From NCBI GenBank assembly GCA_030699685.1, contig JAUYLJ010000041.1:6241-70240 (forward strand): 64,000 nucleotides of DNA, written 5' to 3'. This document shows positions 20,101-28,954 of this stretch, piece after piece. The DNA comes from a bacterium (GTDB lineage Bacteria; Patescibacteriota; Patescibacteriia; JAHIZJ01). The number at the start of each line of letters is the position of its first letter. Within the stretch, counting starts at the first letter, position 1. The notes below the pieces were generated by a model. The model was not told the DNA's origin, did not search any database, and saw only the letters and a program-made list of their open reading frames with translations. The position numbers and the translations under genes were made by a program.

Positions 20101-21483
20101 AACTTCAACATCTTCCACACTGAGGACACCAAGCCTATCAACTACGCCTGGGATTTCTCGGCTCTCGACAGCAACCAAGCGCTGGTTGAGAACTTCAACC
20201 AGAATGTCAACATCTGCATCCCGTACGACCAGGAACTGCTGGATGAACTCGGCAAAGACGAGACGAATATCGTCGCGAAATACTTTGACGACCAGACCGG
20301 AACCTGGAAGCTCCCAACCGGAGTAACGCAGGATACCGAAGCGAACAAGGTCTGCTTCTCAGTCAATCACTTTACCGACTTCGCCCTAGCCAGTTCGGCC
20401 GGCGTCGGCGGTACATCGGTAAATAACTACGACGTGATGGTCACCCCGCTTTCGGGCGGTGGGCCCCAGGTCATCCTGGCTGACGAAAACGGCAGTCTCC
20501 TGGCTAACTTCTTCGCCTACAGCTCCGCTCTACGCATCGGCGTCCAGTCAGTCACGGCGGACGTGGACAGCGACGGAGAATACGAGATTATCACTGCGCC
20601 GGGCGCGGGCGCCGGACCGCAGGTGCGGGTCTTCGATCACCAAGGACAGATCAAAACGCAATTCTTCGCCTATGGTGAAGGTGTCCGCTCCGGCATCAAC
20701 GTAACCGCGGCTGATCTGGACGGCGACGGCACGGCTGAAATAATCACCTCTCCCATGGCGGGAGCCGGACCGCAGGTGCGGGTCTTTGACGCGGACGGCA
20801 ACGCGCTCAGTCAATTCTTCGCCTACGCTGAAACTTATCGCGGCGGCCTCTCCGTGGCCACAGGCGACGTAGACGGCGATGGAGTGGATGAGATTGTCAC
20901 TGCTCCGTACAGCGACGCGGGACCCCAGATCGGCATCTTCGAAATGGACGGCACGGCTGTTACCCGATTCTTCGCCTATGCTGAGAATGTACGCGGCGGC
21001 TACAACGTGGTCGTCGGCGACGTGGACGGCGATGGCACCGCTGACATCGTAGTCAGCCCGAAAGCTGGTAACGGCCCGCAAGTAGCCATCTTCAATGGCA
21101 ACGGCGATTCGATGAACCGATTCTTCGCCTATGCTGAGACATTCCGCGGCGGCATCTTCGCCTCGGTTGGCGATGTAGATGGCGATGGGGACAATGATAT
21201 TGTGGTCAGCCCCGAATCCGGAGCCGGCCCGCAAATCCGCGTCTTTGATAACAGCGGATCAGTCCTGTCGCAGTTCTGGGCCTATGCTTCCCACCTTCGG
21301 GGCAACTTCACCTCCTTTGTCGCCGACTTAAACGGCGACAGCACGGTGGAAATCGTCACCGCTCCGGGCGCGGGTATGGGACCGCAGGTGCGAACCTTCG
21401 ACCAGAACGGAAACGCCCTGTCGCAGTTCTTCTCGCACCACACGGGCTTCCGCGGCGGCATCACGATCATGAAAGCCCTCTAG
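17182..21483 (+). CDS. giant secreted protein with Ig-like/carboxypeptidase-regulatory-like beta-sandwich repeats and a C-terminal roughly 7-blade FG-GAP beta-propeller
   Basis: 1433 aa. Signal peptide 'MKTVCFRKARLLSLGLVALALILAAPSAQA'. The C terminus carries about seven 50-aa repeats of the form 'DVDGDGxxEIVTAPGAGAGPQVRVFDxxGxxxSQFFAY'. Confidence 0.8.
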   Translation: MKTVCFRKARLLSLGLVALALILAAPSAQAIEQDPYISAVTSVTPASTTLGATTTYTFVFTIGTSPGQPANLNFHINGYGFCENWEACQPDFNNASLVSGISGEFQAFGNGFSVSSNSWNTGEYTVVISGVRNPLQAPGHYRAQGRLGTGDDGGENPPSTVSSPFFFGSGKVVKGTITVPGGAPASQSGVNIRSADFSYNSGGGTDEYGFYAFSGSGLVVGQNYFIEAWPSPEQSGYVAPDPAQITWNNATQTVNLQLQVATKTISGRVRYQDGSPVTSGGEVNAWKPSGGGGTNAVIASDGTYELALSGGNWELNLNAGWDQENNQPRQVDWVYNQPQTQVTFANNSSEETRTINFNVTKTDAVARGKVLMPNGQPLQGGSIEARGNTEGPGYHTGINGQDGSFTLNLNAGTYKLNVWPDQSNPDMARFFLPEVTFTVVLDENKNLGTLTMDEKTSRVTGEITLENGEPISDFRVNCWQTNGGFGWGEGRTNSNGVYSVWVSPGEWECDIDRHGGTEYILAESRPFRTYRIEEDQTVSDINFVLKRADASLEVKFVDTDGNAVTDVWGWAFARKQGGGFGPGSEFGSNLDRGTATIPLLGGDTYVVGMHLPPGEASLLLREEVTIEVPEGATVQIKLTGVEPNATIRVLLQDQNGQLIENENAEINAGSDEGGSWFNARLNPDGSANIGVLGGKRYFVGYWFHNNDEFVQTHPNQAPFTVPVGETVTKVLTAYRADSQVTAELLDPEGNEVPFGFVWCSDFKEKEDKVQGDFEGGSVIDAGGEIRDGVANIPLVAGTYTCGAGTGPDAQSTWMPPKEVSDVTVAPGSPAEITLQFREADATLSGSVTLPDGNNPPFGWCHAFSNDGNFSGGEVFDGQTTIPLTEGTWFIGCDTHTTDGFYRSDDTIVTVVKGKNLTQDFTLVKQRFDIPEGLTTRFSATSQKTLTLPDGTEVTIPANAFSNEDEEVTFIATPNFNIFHTEDTKPINYAWDFSALDSNQALVENFNQNVNICIPYDQELLDELGKDETNIVAKYFDDQTGTWKLPTGVTQDTEANKVCFSVNHFTDFALASSAGVGGTSVNNYDVMVTPLSGGGPQVILADENGSLLANFFAYSSALRIGVQSVTADVDSDGEYEIITAPGAGAGPQVRVFDHQGQIKTQFFAYGEGVRSGINVTAADLDGDGTAEIITSPMAGAGPQVRVFDADGNALSQFFAYAETYRGGLSVATGDVDGDGVDEIVTAPYSDAGPQIGIFEMDGTAVTRFFAYAENVRGGYNVVVGDVDGDGTADIVVSPKAGNGPQVAIFNGNGDSMNRFFAYAETFRGGIFASVGDVDGDGDNDIVVSPESGAGPQIRVFDNSGSVLSQFWAYASHLRGNFTSFVADLNGDSTVEIVTAPGAGMGPQVRTFDQNGNALSQFFSHHTGFRGGITIMKAL

Positions 21484-21515
21484 AGCAACTTTCCCGATTC
21501 AATAGGGACGCGAAA

Positions 21516-21549
21516 CCCCCGGCACGGCCAGTGTCGGGGTTTTGTGTTT
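21516..21549 (+). terminator. rho-independent terminator after the giant gene
   Basis: CCCCGGCAC / GTGTCGGGG stem (one G-U pair), loop GGCCA, then TTTTGTGTTT. Confidence 0.6.
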
Positions 21550-21567
21550 GGGAATAAAAAATCCAGG

Positions 21568-21837
21568 CTAGACTTGGATGAAGACGCCTGGATTCACTTC
21601 CCATTCAGGATGGTCTTGAATGAGCTCTAGTAACTCCGTACGCCGCAGACCGTTTCGAGCGAAGGCTGACAGTATGGCGTTGGTACCGACGTGGGGATCA
21701 TCCGGCTTGGCGTGACAGAGTAAGCGGAGCAGGACGTCGGGCCGTTCTTTAGCCACCCAATCAAGTCGCCGGTCCACGCCATCCACTGTGATGATGATGC
21801 GTTGGCCCAGGGGGCGGCCGCGTTTGCGTCGACTCAT
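21568..21837 (-). CDS. small basic hypothetical protein (RKRGRP AT-hook-like N terminus)
   Basis: Start 'MSRRKRGRP' at 21837 has GAGGAG 9 nt upstream. 89 aa. Confidence 0.4.
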   Translation of the reverse strand: MSRRKRGRPLGQRIIITVDGVDRRLDWVAKERPDVLLRLLCHAKPDDPHVGTNAILSAFARNGLRRTELLELIQDHPEWEVNPGVFIQV

Positions 21838-21979
21838 GATCGTCATCTCCTCTGTTGGCAAAGAATATACATGTATATAAAAGGGAGCTGTGAAAAATGT
21901 CAATAACGTATGCCAAGCCTGTTGATACATTATTCAACATAAACTTAATAAAGCCTCCGCACTATGCTACAATATCGTT

Positions 21980-22969
21980 ATGACCAAGAAACATACTGCC
22001 TTCTCAGGCATTCAGCCCTCCGGCACGCTCCACATTGGCAACTATCTCGGCGCGATTAAACAATGGCTGCCACTTCAAAACGACCACGATTGTATTTTCG
22101 CGGTTGTGGATTATCACGCCATCACCGTGCCCTACCAGCCAATAGATATGCGGGGTAGAATTTTGGACGCGGCACTCGACTATTTGGCCGCCGGACTCGA
22201 CCCTAAGAAAGTAACCTTGTTCGTTCAATCCCGCGTTCCGGAACACACTGAGCTGGCCTGGCTTTTATCGACCGTTACCCCGCTGAGTGAGCTCCACCGC
22301 ATGACGCAGTATAAAGAAAAAGCTGCTCAGTATTCTGCAGCGATTAACACCGGCCTGATCACATACCCCATCCTCATGGCCGCGGACATCTTACTCTACA
22401 ACACACACGTCGTCCCTGTCGGTGAAGACCAGGAACAGCACGTTGAGCTGACACGGACTATCGCGAGGAAATTTAACAAACGCTTTGGTGAAACATTTAC
22501 CGTTCCAAAAGTCCAGCTGACCGAAGCTAAGCGCGTGATGTCTCTGGCCGATCCGACCCGGAAAATGAGCAAATCGCTCGGCCCAAAGCACTACGTCGCT
22601 CTGACCGACGACGAAAAGACGATTCGCGCCAAAGTCGCCAAAGCTGTCACTGACATTGGTGGGACCCCCCAAGGCGAGCTCAGCCCAGGCGTGAGAAATC
22701 TGTTCATGTTGCTAAAAGAGTTCGGACAGACTGCGGACTATCTCCGCTTCGAAAACGCCCATGCCGGGGGCACAATCAAATACTCCGAGCTGAAAGCAGC
22801 CGTGGCCGACGGGATCGTAAAGCATCTTACGCCGTTTCAAGAAAGACGCTCCGCTCTTGCCCGAGAACCAAAAAAAATCTGGGCGATACTCGAACACGGC
22901 GCTGAGCGAGCCCGACCAATCGCCCAAAAAACTATGGCACGGGTAAAACAAGCAATGGGGTTGATATAA
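21980..22969 (+). CDS. trpS: tryptophan--tRNA ligase
   Basis: Class-I aaRS. 'GIQPSGTLHIGNYLGAI' (HIGH) and 'KMSKS' are present. 329 aa. The ATG lies 6 nt after 'TGcTACAAT'. Confidence 0.95.
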   Translation: MTKKHTAFSGIQPSGTLHIGNYLGAIKQWLPLQNDHDCIFAVVDYHAITVPYQPIDMRGRILDAALDYLAAGLDPKKVTLFVQSRVPEHTELAWLLSTVTPLSELHRMTQYKEKAAQYSAAINTGLITYPILMAADILLYNTHVVPVGEDQEQHVELTRTIARKFNKRFGETFTVPKVQLTEAKRVMSLADPTRKMSKSLGPKHYVALTDDEKTIRAKVAKAVTDIGGTPQGELSPGVRNLFMLLKEFGQTADYLRFENAHAGGTIKYSELKAAVADGIVKHLTPFQERRSALAREPKKIWAILEHGAERARPIAQKTMARVKQAMGLI

Positions 22970-22984
22970 GCATTTGTTCGTCAC

Positions 22985-23010
22985 TTCGACCGAAGTCGAA
23001 AAATCTCTTT
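22985..23010 (+). terminator. possible weak terminator after trpS (TTCGAC-CGAA-GTCGAA hairpin)
   Basis: 6-bp stem and tetraloop, followed by AAATCTCTTT, which is a weak T tract. Confidence 0.3.
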
Positions 23011-23147
23011 CAGGAATTTTAAGATTTTTACATTTAGCTCCAAGTCAGTCGAAATAACATCCCCCTTGCCATAAATTCACGCCTATGCTACACATGATGG
23101 CATAGAACCTTGTATTTTTCCCGACGCCCAGAGAGGAGGGACGTGCA

Positions 23148-23441
23148 ATGTCAGGACTCGCTGTGAGTTTTCCTGTTCGATTCACACTCAACGATCAAAC
23201 CAGGCCTTGGCACCATCAGATCGCCGTGACCGTGCGTTCCGGAGGCAGCAGTCACACGATCATCGGCGTCCGTCTCTCAGGCCGACACGAAAGAAACCTG
23301 AGGGTTCTAGCCCCTCAACGCCACTCAGACCACCTGCCCGATGGATGGAAGAGGTCGTGGCCCAACCCTGACTTCGTCCATCTCGCGATTCCTCGCAACT
23401 CTATCGTGGGCCAGCCGATCGATCGCACCTATTCCACATGA
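23148..23441 (+). CDS. hypothetical protein
   Basis: 97-aa ORF with GAGGAGGG 7 nt upstream of the ATG. GC-rich. No recognisable domain. Confidence 0.35.
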   Translation: MSGLAVSFPVRFTLNDQTRPWHHQIAVTVRSGGSSHTIIGVRLSGRHERNLRVLAPQRHSDHLPDGWKRSWPNPDFVHLAIPRNSIVGQPIDRTYST

Positions 23442-23467
23442 CCGAACCGTGCTAATACGGTTCTTTT

Positions 23468-24256
23468 TTATTCCAATAGGTGCTTCCGCAACACTATACG
23501 ACGTTCCAGCCACCGTTCGGCATTAAGCTTGTTTTTATCCGTCACGTCGCTGAGGTAGAAACGATCTTCGCCATCGCGCGCCAGCTCCGCTTCGAATCCC
23601 TGATGGTCCAGCAAATATTGCTTGACTTGGGAAGCGACAGTTTCCGCCGGATCAACCAGCCGTACGCGCTTCCCTATTACCTGCTGGATCACCTGGCGCA
23701 TAATCGGATAGTGCGTGCAGGCCAGCACTAAGGTATCGATCTGTTTGAGCTTAAGCGGCCGCAAATAACGTTTGGCGATTATCTTGGTTTCCGACCTTTT
23801 CATCCAATTCTCCTCCACCAGCGGCACAAACAAGGGGCAAGCTTGAGTTTCCACGTGGATGTCACGGTTTCGGGAACGCAGACCATTCTGAAACACCTGA
23901 CTGGCTATCGTCGCGCTGGTGCCGATCACGCCAATCCGGTTTTTGGTTGTCACTGCCAAAGCCTGGCGAATGGCCGGCTGTGTAACTTCAAAGACAGGAA
24001 CCGGTAATTCACGTTTGAGAATTTCCGCCGCGACCGACGATGCGGTGTGGCAGGCAATGATAATCATTTTTGCCCCTTGCTCAAGCAAGAAGCGCGCGTC
24101 CTGAAGCGCGTAGGTTGCCACGGTTTCAGGACTTTTGTTACCATAAGGCGTCCGGGCGGTATCGCCAAAATACACGAAACGATACTCAGGCAGCTGCCTC
24201 ATCACCTCTTTGACTACCGTCAAACCGCCTACCCCTGAATCAAATATTCCAATCAT
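23468..24256 (-). CDS. murI: glutamate racemase
   Basis: 'MIGIFDSGVGGLTV' N terminus and paired Cys catalytic motifs. 262 aa. Confidence 0.9.
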   Translation of the reverse strand: MIGIFDSGVGGLTVVKEVMRQLPEYRFVYFGDTARTPYGNKSPETVATYALQDARFLLEQGAKMIIIACHTASSVAAEILKRELPVPVFEVTQPAIRQALAVTTKNRIGVIGTSATIASQVFQNGLRSRNRDIHVETQACPLFVPLVEENWMKRSETKIIAKRYLRPLKLKQIDTLVLACTHYPIMRQVIQQVIGKRVRLVDPAETVASQVKQYLLDHQGFEAELARDGEDRFYLSDVTDKNKLNAERWLERRIVLRKHLLE

Positions 24257-24894
24257 GTCAGACTATCAAAATTAAGCTGCTCCAGTGAGTCAAAAACAGC
24301 ATCGGCGGCTGAAAGTTTTTCTCGCGCGGTCGTATGCGTCACTGCCCAACACGCCAGTCCGGCGGCTTTGGCAGATTGAACTCCCGCCACCGTGTCTTCA
24401 ATAGCCAGACAATCTTCAACCGGTATTGCTAGCCTCTCAATTGTCTTTTGATATATTTCCGGATGGGGCTTTGAATGCGTAATATCGTCAGAAGAAACAA
24501 CCACGGAAAAATGCTTGAGAAAACCAAACTCTTCGTCCAGTGCTTCAAGCTGCCAGCGTTGAGAGCTGGTTGCTAGAGCAAGCGCGGCTACGCTCAAAGC
24601 GCGTTGCATCGTTTCATGCGCCTGAGGGAATAGGGTAATTTCTTTACCGATCAACTCTTGATACTTTCCCAGACTTTTTTCACGCACCAGCGGAACATTG
24701 ATATCCGGATACGCTTCCTGAAACGCGGTATATCCTTCTTGATGTGTCCGGCCTATGAAAAATTGCTGAAAAATATCCGGCGTCAGCTCAAACCCATGCG
24801 TTTCCCGCAGAATAACGCGCAAACCAGCCTCAATCGCCGTCTCGGAGTCCACCAGTACCCCATCCATGTCGAAAATAATGGCTCGTAAGATCAT
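24253..24894 (-). CDS. HAD-superfamily hydrolase, beta-phosphoglucomutase-like
   Basis: 'IIFDMDGVLVDSE' (DxDG motif I). 213 aa. 4-nt overlap with murI. Confidence 0.8.
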   Translation of the reverse strand: MILRAIIFDMDGVLVDSETAIEAGLRVILRETHGFELTPDIFQQFFIGRTHQEGYTAFQEAYPDINVPLVREKSLGKYQELIGKEITLFPQAHETMQRALSVAALALATSSQRWQLEALDEEFGFLKHFSVVVSSDDITHSKPHPEIYQKTIERLAIPVEDCLAIEDTVAGVQSAKAAGLACWAVTHTTAREKLSAADAVFDSLEQLNFDSLT

Positions 24895-24930
24895 TAACTT
24901 GAAAAAACGCTACTATCAATGCGACTAGAA

Positions 24931-26358
24931 TTATTCCAGCGCGTCATGATTGACGTTGATTTTGTTTGACCAGTCAATCTCATCAAATTCGTGAAGTAGT
25001 TCATTAATGTACTGTTTCAACATGTCATACTGTGCCTGTTCTTGGGCTTCGAATTTGATCGTAAGATATGGGCCGTTCTGAGAATACCGCACAATAAACA
25101 TGCTGTCGGGTAAATCCAAGCGTACGCCGTCTCCGGCCCGCTCGTCATCAATTACTTCCGCTTCAGGGAATTTTTCTCGGAGAATCGGACCTAGTTCCTC
25201 CATCAAAGCCTCCTTTTTATCATCAGCGCAATAGAGCTTAATTTCCGGGCTGGAAATGTATTTCGGTAACTGTTGCAAAGCTTCGTTCAAGGTCAATCCG
25301 GTCCGGTCAAGGTAGTGGAGCAAGCGCATGGACGAATAGAGCCCATCGTCATGATTGTAAAAGTCGGCCGAGAAGAAGAAGTGTCCGGAAAGTTCGCCGA
25401 TCATCGCCGCCTTCACTTCTTGATTCTTTTTTTTCAAGAAAGAATGCCCCGTACGCCACATGAATGGTTCTCCGCCGTATTTCTCAATCGTTTCCGGAAC
25501 AACTTTTGAGCAAAGCGTGTTAAACATGATTTTCGCGCCAGGGTGATCTTTCAACACGTCTATGGCGAATAACGCGACCAGCACGTCATTCCAGATTATC
25601 GTTCCCTTTTCGTCAACGATTCCTATCCTGTCACCGTCAGGATCATAGGTAAAACCAATGTCCGCTTTTTCTTCCAGCACTTCTTTACTCAAGCGTTTTA
25701 CCAGTTCGTGTTCGGTGGGATCGGGCGTGCCAAAAGGGTGTTCAGGCTTCACTTCAGTGTACTTCTCTATCACTTCACAGCCAGCCTGACGAAGCAGATT
25801 TGGGGCGACGCTGCCTGAAGTTGAATAGCTGGAATCAACTACCACTTTGAATTTTTTCTTCAGCGGCAATCGTTTGATAATGTCATCGAAATACGCCTGC
25901 CTGATATCTTGCTGAGCCAGCTTTCCCGGTTGTTGACCCTGTTCATAATCTTCTTCCTGTACCATGCGTAAAATCTCCTTCATGCCGTCGGACACCAAGG
26001 TCTCGGAGTAGTCAATCGCGAATTTAAAACCGTTGTAATCAATAGGGTTATGGGAAGCTGAAACCATTGCCCCGCCCTTTTTCTGCAGGTAATATTGCGA
26101 CCAGTAAAATGTTCCGACCAGATTGAGCCCTATATCGACAACATCGATTCCGGCCCAGTTATATCCTTTAATTAAGGCATCAGAATACTCGGGACTGGTT
26201 GGACGAGCGTCATGGGCCACCACCGCTTCGGTTATTCCTTTTCGCTTCATGTAGGTTCCATGAGCGCGGCCAAGATGTTCGACAATCTCAGGATTCAAGT
26301 CTTTATCCACCAATCCGCGCAAGTCATAGGCACGGAACATTTCAGGATTTACTTTCAT
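24931..26358 (-). CDS. phosphomannomutase/phosphoglucomutase
   Basis: 'SASHNPIDYNGFKF' active-site phosphoserine loop. N terminus 'FRAYDLRG'. 475 aa. Confidence 0.9.
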   Translation of the reverse strand: MKVNPEMFRAYDLRGLVDKDLNPEIVEHLGRAHGTYMKRKGITEAVVAHDARPTSPEYSDALIKGYNWAGIDVVDIGLNLVGTFYWSQYYLQKKGGAMVSASHNPIDYNGFKFAIDYSETLVSDGMKEILRMVQEEDYEQGQQPGKLAQQDIRQAYFDDIIKRLPLKKKFKVVVDSSYSTSGSVAPNLLRQAGCEVIEKYTEVKPEHPFGTPDPTEHELVKRLSKEVLEEKADIGFTYDPDGDRIGIVDEKGTIIWNDVLVALFAIDVLKDHPGAKIMFNTLCSKVVPETIEKYGGEPFMWRTGHSFLKKKNQEVKAAMIGELSGHFFFSADFYNHDDGLYSSMRLLHYLDRTGLTLNEALQQLPKYISSPEIKLYCADDKKEALMEELGPILREKFPEAEVIDDERAGDGVRLDLPDSMFIVRYSQNGPYLTIKFEAQEQAQYDMLKQYINELLHEFDEIDWSNKINVNHDALE

Positions 26359-27728
26359 ATAGTCTCCTTGATAATTAATGTTTCACTCCGGCTCTGAAGC
26401 CATTGAGTTATTTCTTGTATTTTATCATTCAAAAGATTCTCATTTTTCGCTTCAAAAGTCAATCGAAGCAAAGGTTCCGTATTCGAAGGGCGGGCGTTGA
26501 ACCACCATTCGCCAAAATCAAAGGTCAACCCGTCAAGATCATCAACATAATTGGCCGCGTACGCCTCTTGCATGACAGCCAAAATTTCACTAATACCATC
26601 TAGCTCGACGTACCGTTCCTTGCGGAAATAGGGATTGAGTTCTCGAACCAGCTCCGACAAGGGCCGCTTGGATGATGAAATGATGTTGAGCAACAGCATT
26701 AGCGCGATCAAAGCCGAGTCGGCGTAATAATTATCACGGAAACTGTAGTGCGCCGATGTCTCTCCGCTGAACGCTCCATTATTGCCGCGAACCGTGGCTG
26801 AAAGATTGATGAAACCCACCGGTGATCGGAGAGGACGGCCTCCCCATTCCACAATTTTCTCTGGGACGATCTTGCTTGAAATAAGATTGTAGGCAATTCC
26901 GGCGCCCGGTTCCCGTCGCAGCCAATTCTTGGCCATCAGCAGCAAAGCGATATCACCGCGAACCAACTCGCCTTTCTCCGTCATCAGCAGCACGCGGTCG
27001 GCATCGCCGTCAAACAACACGCCAAAATCAGCCCTAGTCTCGGCAATGCGTTGCCTGATTTTTTTCTGCGATTCGGGCAGAAGCGGATTAGACGGTCGGT
27101 TGGGAAAATTCCCATCAAGTTCTAGGTACATGGCGTGCAGTTGAAACGGCAGACGCTCAAAAACTTTCGGGATGGTCACCCCGGCCATGCCGTTTCCAGC
27201 GTCAACCACTACCGTCAGCGGTTTCATCACTGAAAGGTCGGCAAAACTAAGGACATAATCGATGTATTCTTCAAGTACTTTGTGTTGGCCGCGTTTTCCC
27301 TTCTTAAGCACTACAGCATAATTATCTTTTTCAACAAGCTCGTATAGATGCTTTCCTGGTATCATCTTGACGTCGCGATCAACCATGCGAAGCCCGTTGT
27401 ACTCTTTCGGATTGTGCGACGCGGTCACCATCAATCCGCCATCATAGCCGTACCTTCCTACGGCAAAATACATCGCTTCGCTAGGAATCAAACCGAGGTC
27501 GTCCACGTCGACGCCTTGATCAAGCAAGCCCTTCATTATGGCCTGGTGGAGTTCTTGAGAAGTGATTCTCGCGTCACGCCCCAACACTACCTTCTTTGCC
27601 CGCGTCAATTGAGCAAAAGCCCGGCCGATCTTCTCAGCCGTTTCGGTGTCGAATTCTTCCGGCGCCAGACCGCGAATATCATACGATCGGAAGATTGCCG
27701 GAATAACGTTTCGAGGTGCCCTTGTCAT
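26355..27728 (-). CDS. phosphomannomutase/phosphoglucomutase (second paralog)
   Basis: 'TASHNPKEYNGLRM'. 'IFRSYDIRG' near the N terminus. The start was chosen at ATG 27728 ('MTRAPR'); an alternative GTG lies at 27752. Confidence 0.85.
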   Translation of the reverse strand: MTRAPRNVIPAIFRSYDIRGLAPEEFDTETAEKIGRAFAQLTRAKKVVLGRDARITSQELHQAIMKGLLDQGVDVDDLGLIPSEAMYFAVGRYGYDGGLMVTASHNPKEYNGLRMVDRDVKMIPGKHLYELVEKDNYAVVLKKGKRGQHKVLEEYIDYVLSFADLSVMKPLTVVVDAGNGMAGVTIPKVFERLPFQLHAMYLELDGNFPNRPSNPLLPESQKKIRQRIAETRADFGVLFDGDADRVLLMTEKGELVRGDIALLLMAKNWLRREPGAGIAYNLISSKIVPEKIVEWGGRPLRSPVGFINLSATVRGNNGAFSGETSAHYSFRDNYYADSALIALMLLLNIISSSKRPLSELVRELNPYFRKERYVELDGISEILAVMQEAYAANYVDDLDGLTFDFGEWWFNARPSNTEPLLRLTFEAKNENLLNDKIQEITQWLQSRSETLIIKETI

Positions 27729-27735
27729 CCTCTGT

Positions 27736-28917
27736 TCAACTTTTTTTATCACTGGCCGACCGGTTCAGCTGGCGGAGATCCCCGAAGAGTACCTGGATCA
27801 TGCTACTCAGTGACCAAAAGATACCGGCCAAGAAAATAAGCCAGCCCACGTAGGGCAGCCAGGTGAGCATGGCAAAAATCGTCACCCCGACGATGAGGGG
27901 AAGCAAGGGCGTCATTTTCCTACCTTTCCAAAAAAGACCGACCAGCCACTGACCGAGCATCAGCCCGATATACACTCTTGAAAGATAGATGACCACGAAG
28001 TACCCAAGCAATGTGATAATCCCAAGCGGAATACCAATCAGCGAAATACACAGCACCATCACTCCCAAGGGTACGCCCAAGAAAACTACGATTCCCCAGC
28101 CTATCCTGGCAAAAGGGTTGTTTTGCATTTTAGTGACCACTTTATCGACGCTTTTCGGAACCAGCGCCACCAGCAACAGACCAATGAGAATCAGACTGAG
28201 AATAGACAGTATTCTGGCCATAGTGCTTCCGCCGGTTAGCCAGCTCTCTAGATCAGTTTCGCGACTTTCTGCCGGTGTATGAGTGATCAGCCCCGAGACC
28301 TGCCCATCTTCGATACTGACCTCGGTATCAGAAGTATAGTCCAGGCTGCCGCCTATTTCAGCGCTCGAAAGTATCTTGAAATCACTGCCGCGCACCGCAA
28401 CCACGGCGTTATTTCCAACTGAGCTGGCCATAGTCAGTCCGAGCGAGCGGCCATTCAGGTTGCCATAGACCGGGCCTTCCAAAGTTGCGCTCCAGGCCAG
28501 ATATCCCATACTCCATCCGACTGACCCGTTTTCCGCGACACGCAAAGTATTGGCGGCGATCGTGGCATTCTTAGCCACCGGACCCTCGATCAGCACATCG
28601 CCGCTGACGATACGCACACTACCTAAAACGGCTCCAGTGATACGAACGTGTCCGGCCGCGATCAAAGCGTCGCCATTGACCGTTCCGCTGATCGTGACAG
28701 TGCCGCCGGCCGCGATCACGTCACCTTCCACATTCCCGTCGATCCTGATGCTGTCCGCGAAAGACACAAAATTATCCGCTATGGTTTCGGACTCGGCTAC
28801 GTGGATATTTTTTTCTATCGCCGCCCATGTGGCAATCGGCACGATCAGTATTGCCGCGCTTATTATGAAAATTTTGCTCAATTGCTTTCGCGTCATAGGA
28901 TCCGTGTATAATTTCAA
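27736..28917 (-). CDS. membrane protein with bactofilin-like (polymer-forming beta-helix) repeats and a C-terminal polytopic TM region
   Basis: Repeats 'IDGNVEGDVIAAGGTVTISGTVNGDALIAAGHVRITGAVLGSVRIVSGDVLIEG' are followed by more than 5 TM helices. Confidence 0.55.
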   Translation of the reverse strand: MKLYTDPMTRKQLSKIFIISAAILIVPIATWAAIEKNIHVAESETIADNFVSFADSIRIDGNVEGDVIAAGGTVTISGTVNGDALIAAGHVRITGAVLGSVRIVSGDVLIEGPVAKNATIAANTLRVAENGSVGWSMGYLAWSATLEGPVYGNLNGRSLGLTMASSVGNNAVVAVRGSDFKILSSAEIGGSLDYTSDTEVSIEDGQVSGLITHTPAESRETDLESWLTGGSTMARILSILSLILIGLLLVALVPKSVDKVVTKMQNNPFARIGWGIVVFLGVPLGVMVLCISLIGIPLGIITLLGYFVVIYLSRVYIGLMLGQWLVGLFWKGRKMTPLLPLIVGVTIFAMLTWLPYVGWLIFLAGIFWSLSSMIQVLFGDLRQLNRSASDKKS

Positions 28918-28954
28918 TACGATAATAATAGCAAAAACGCGAACATTTTTCCAG

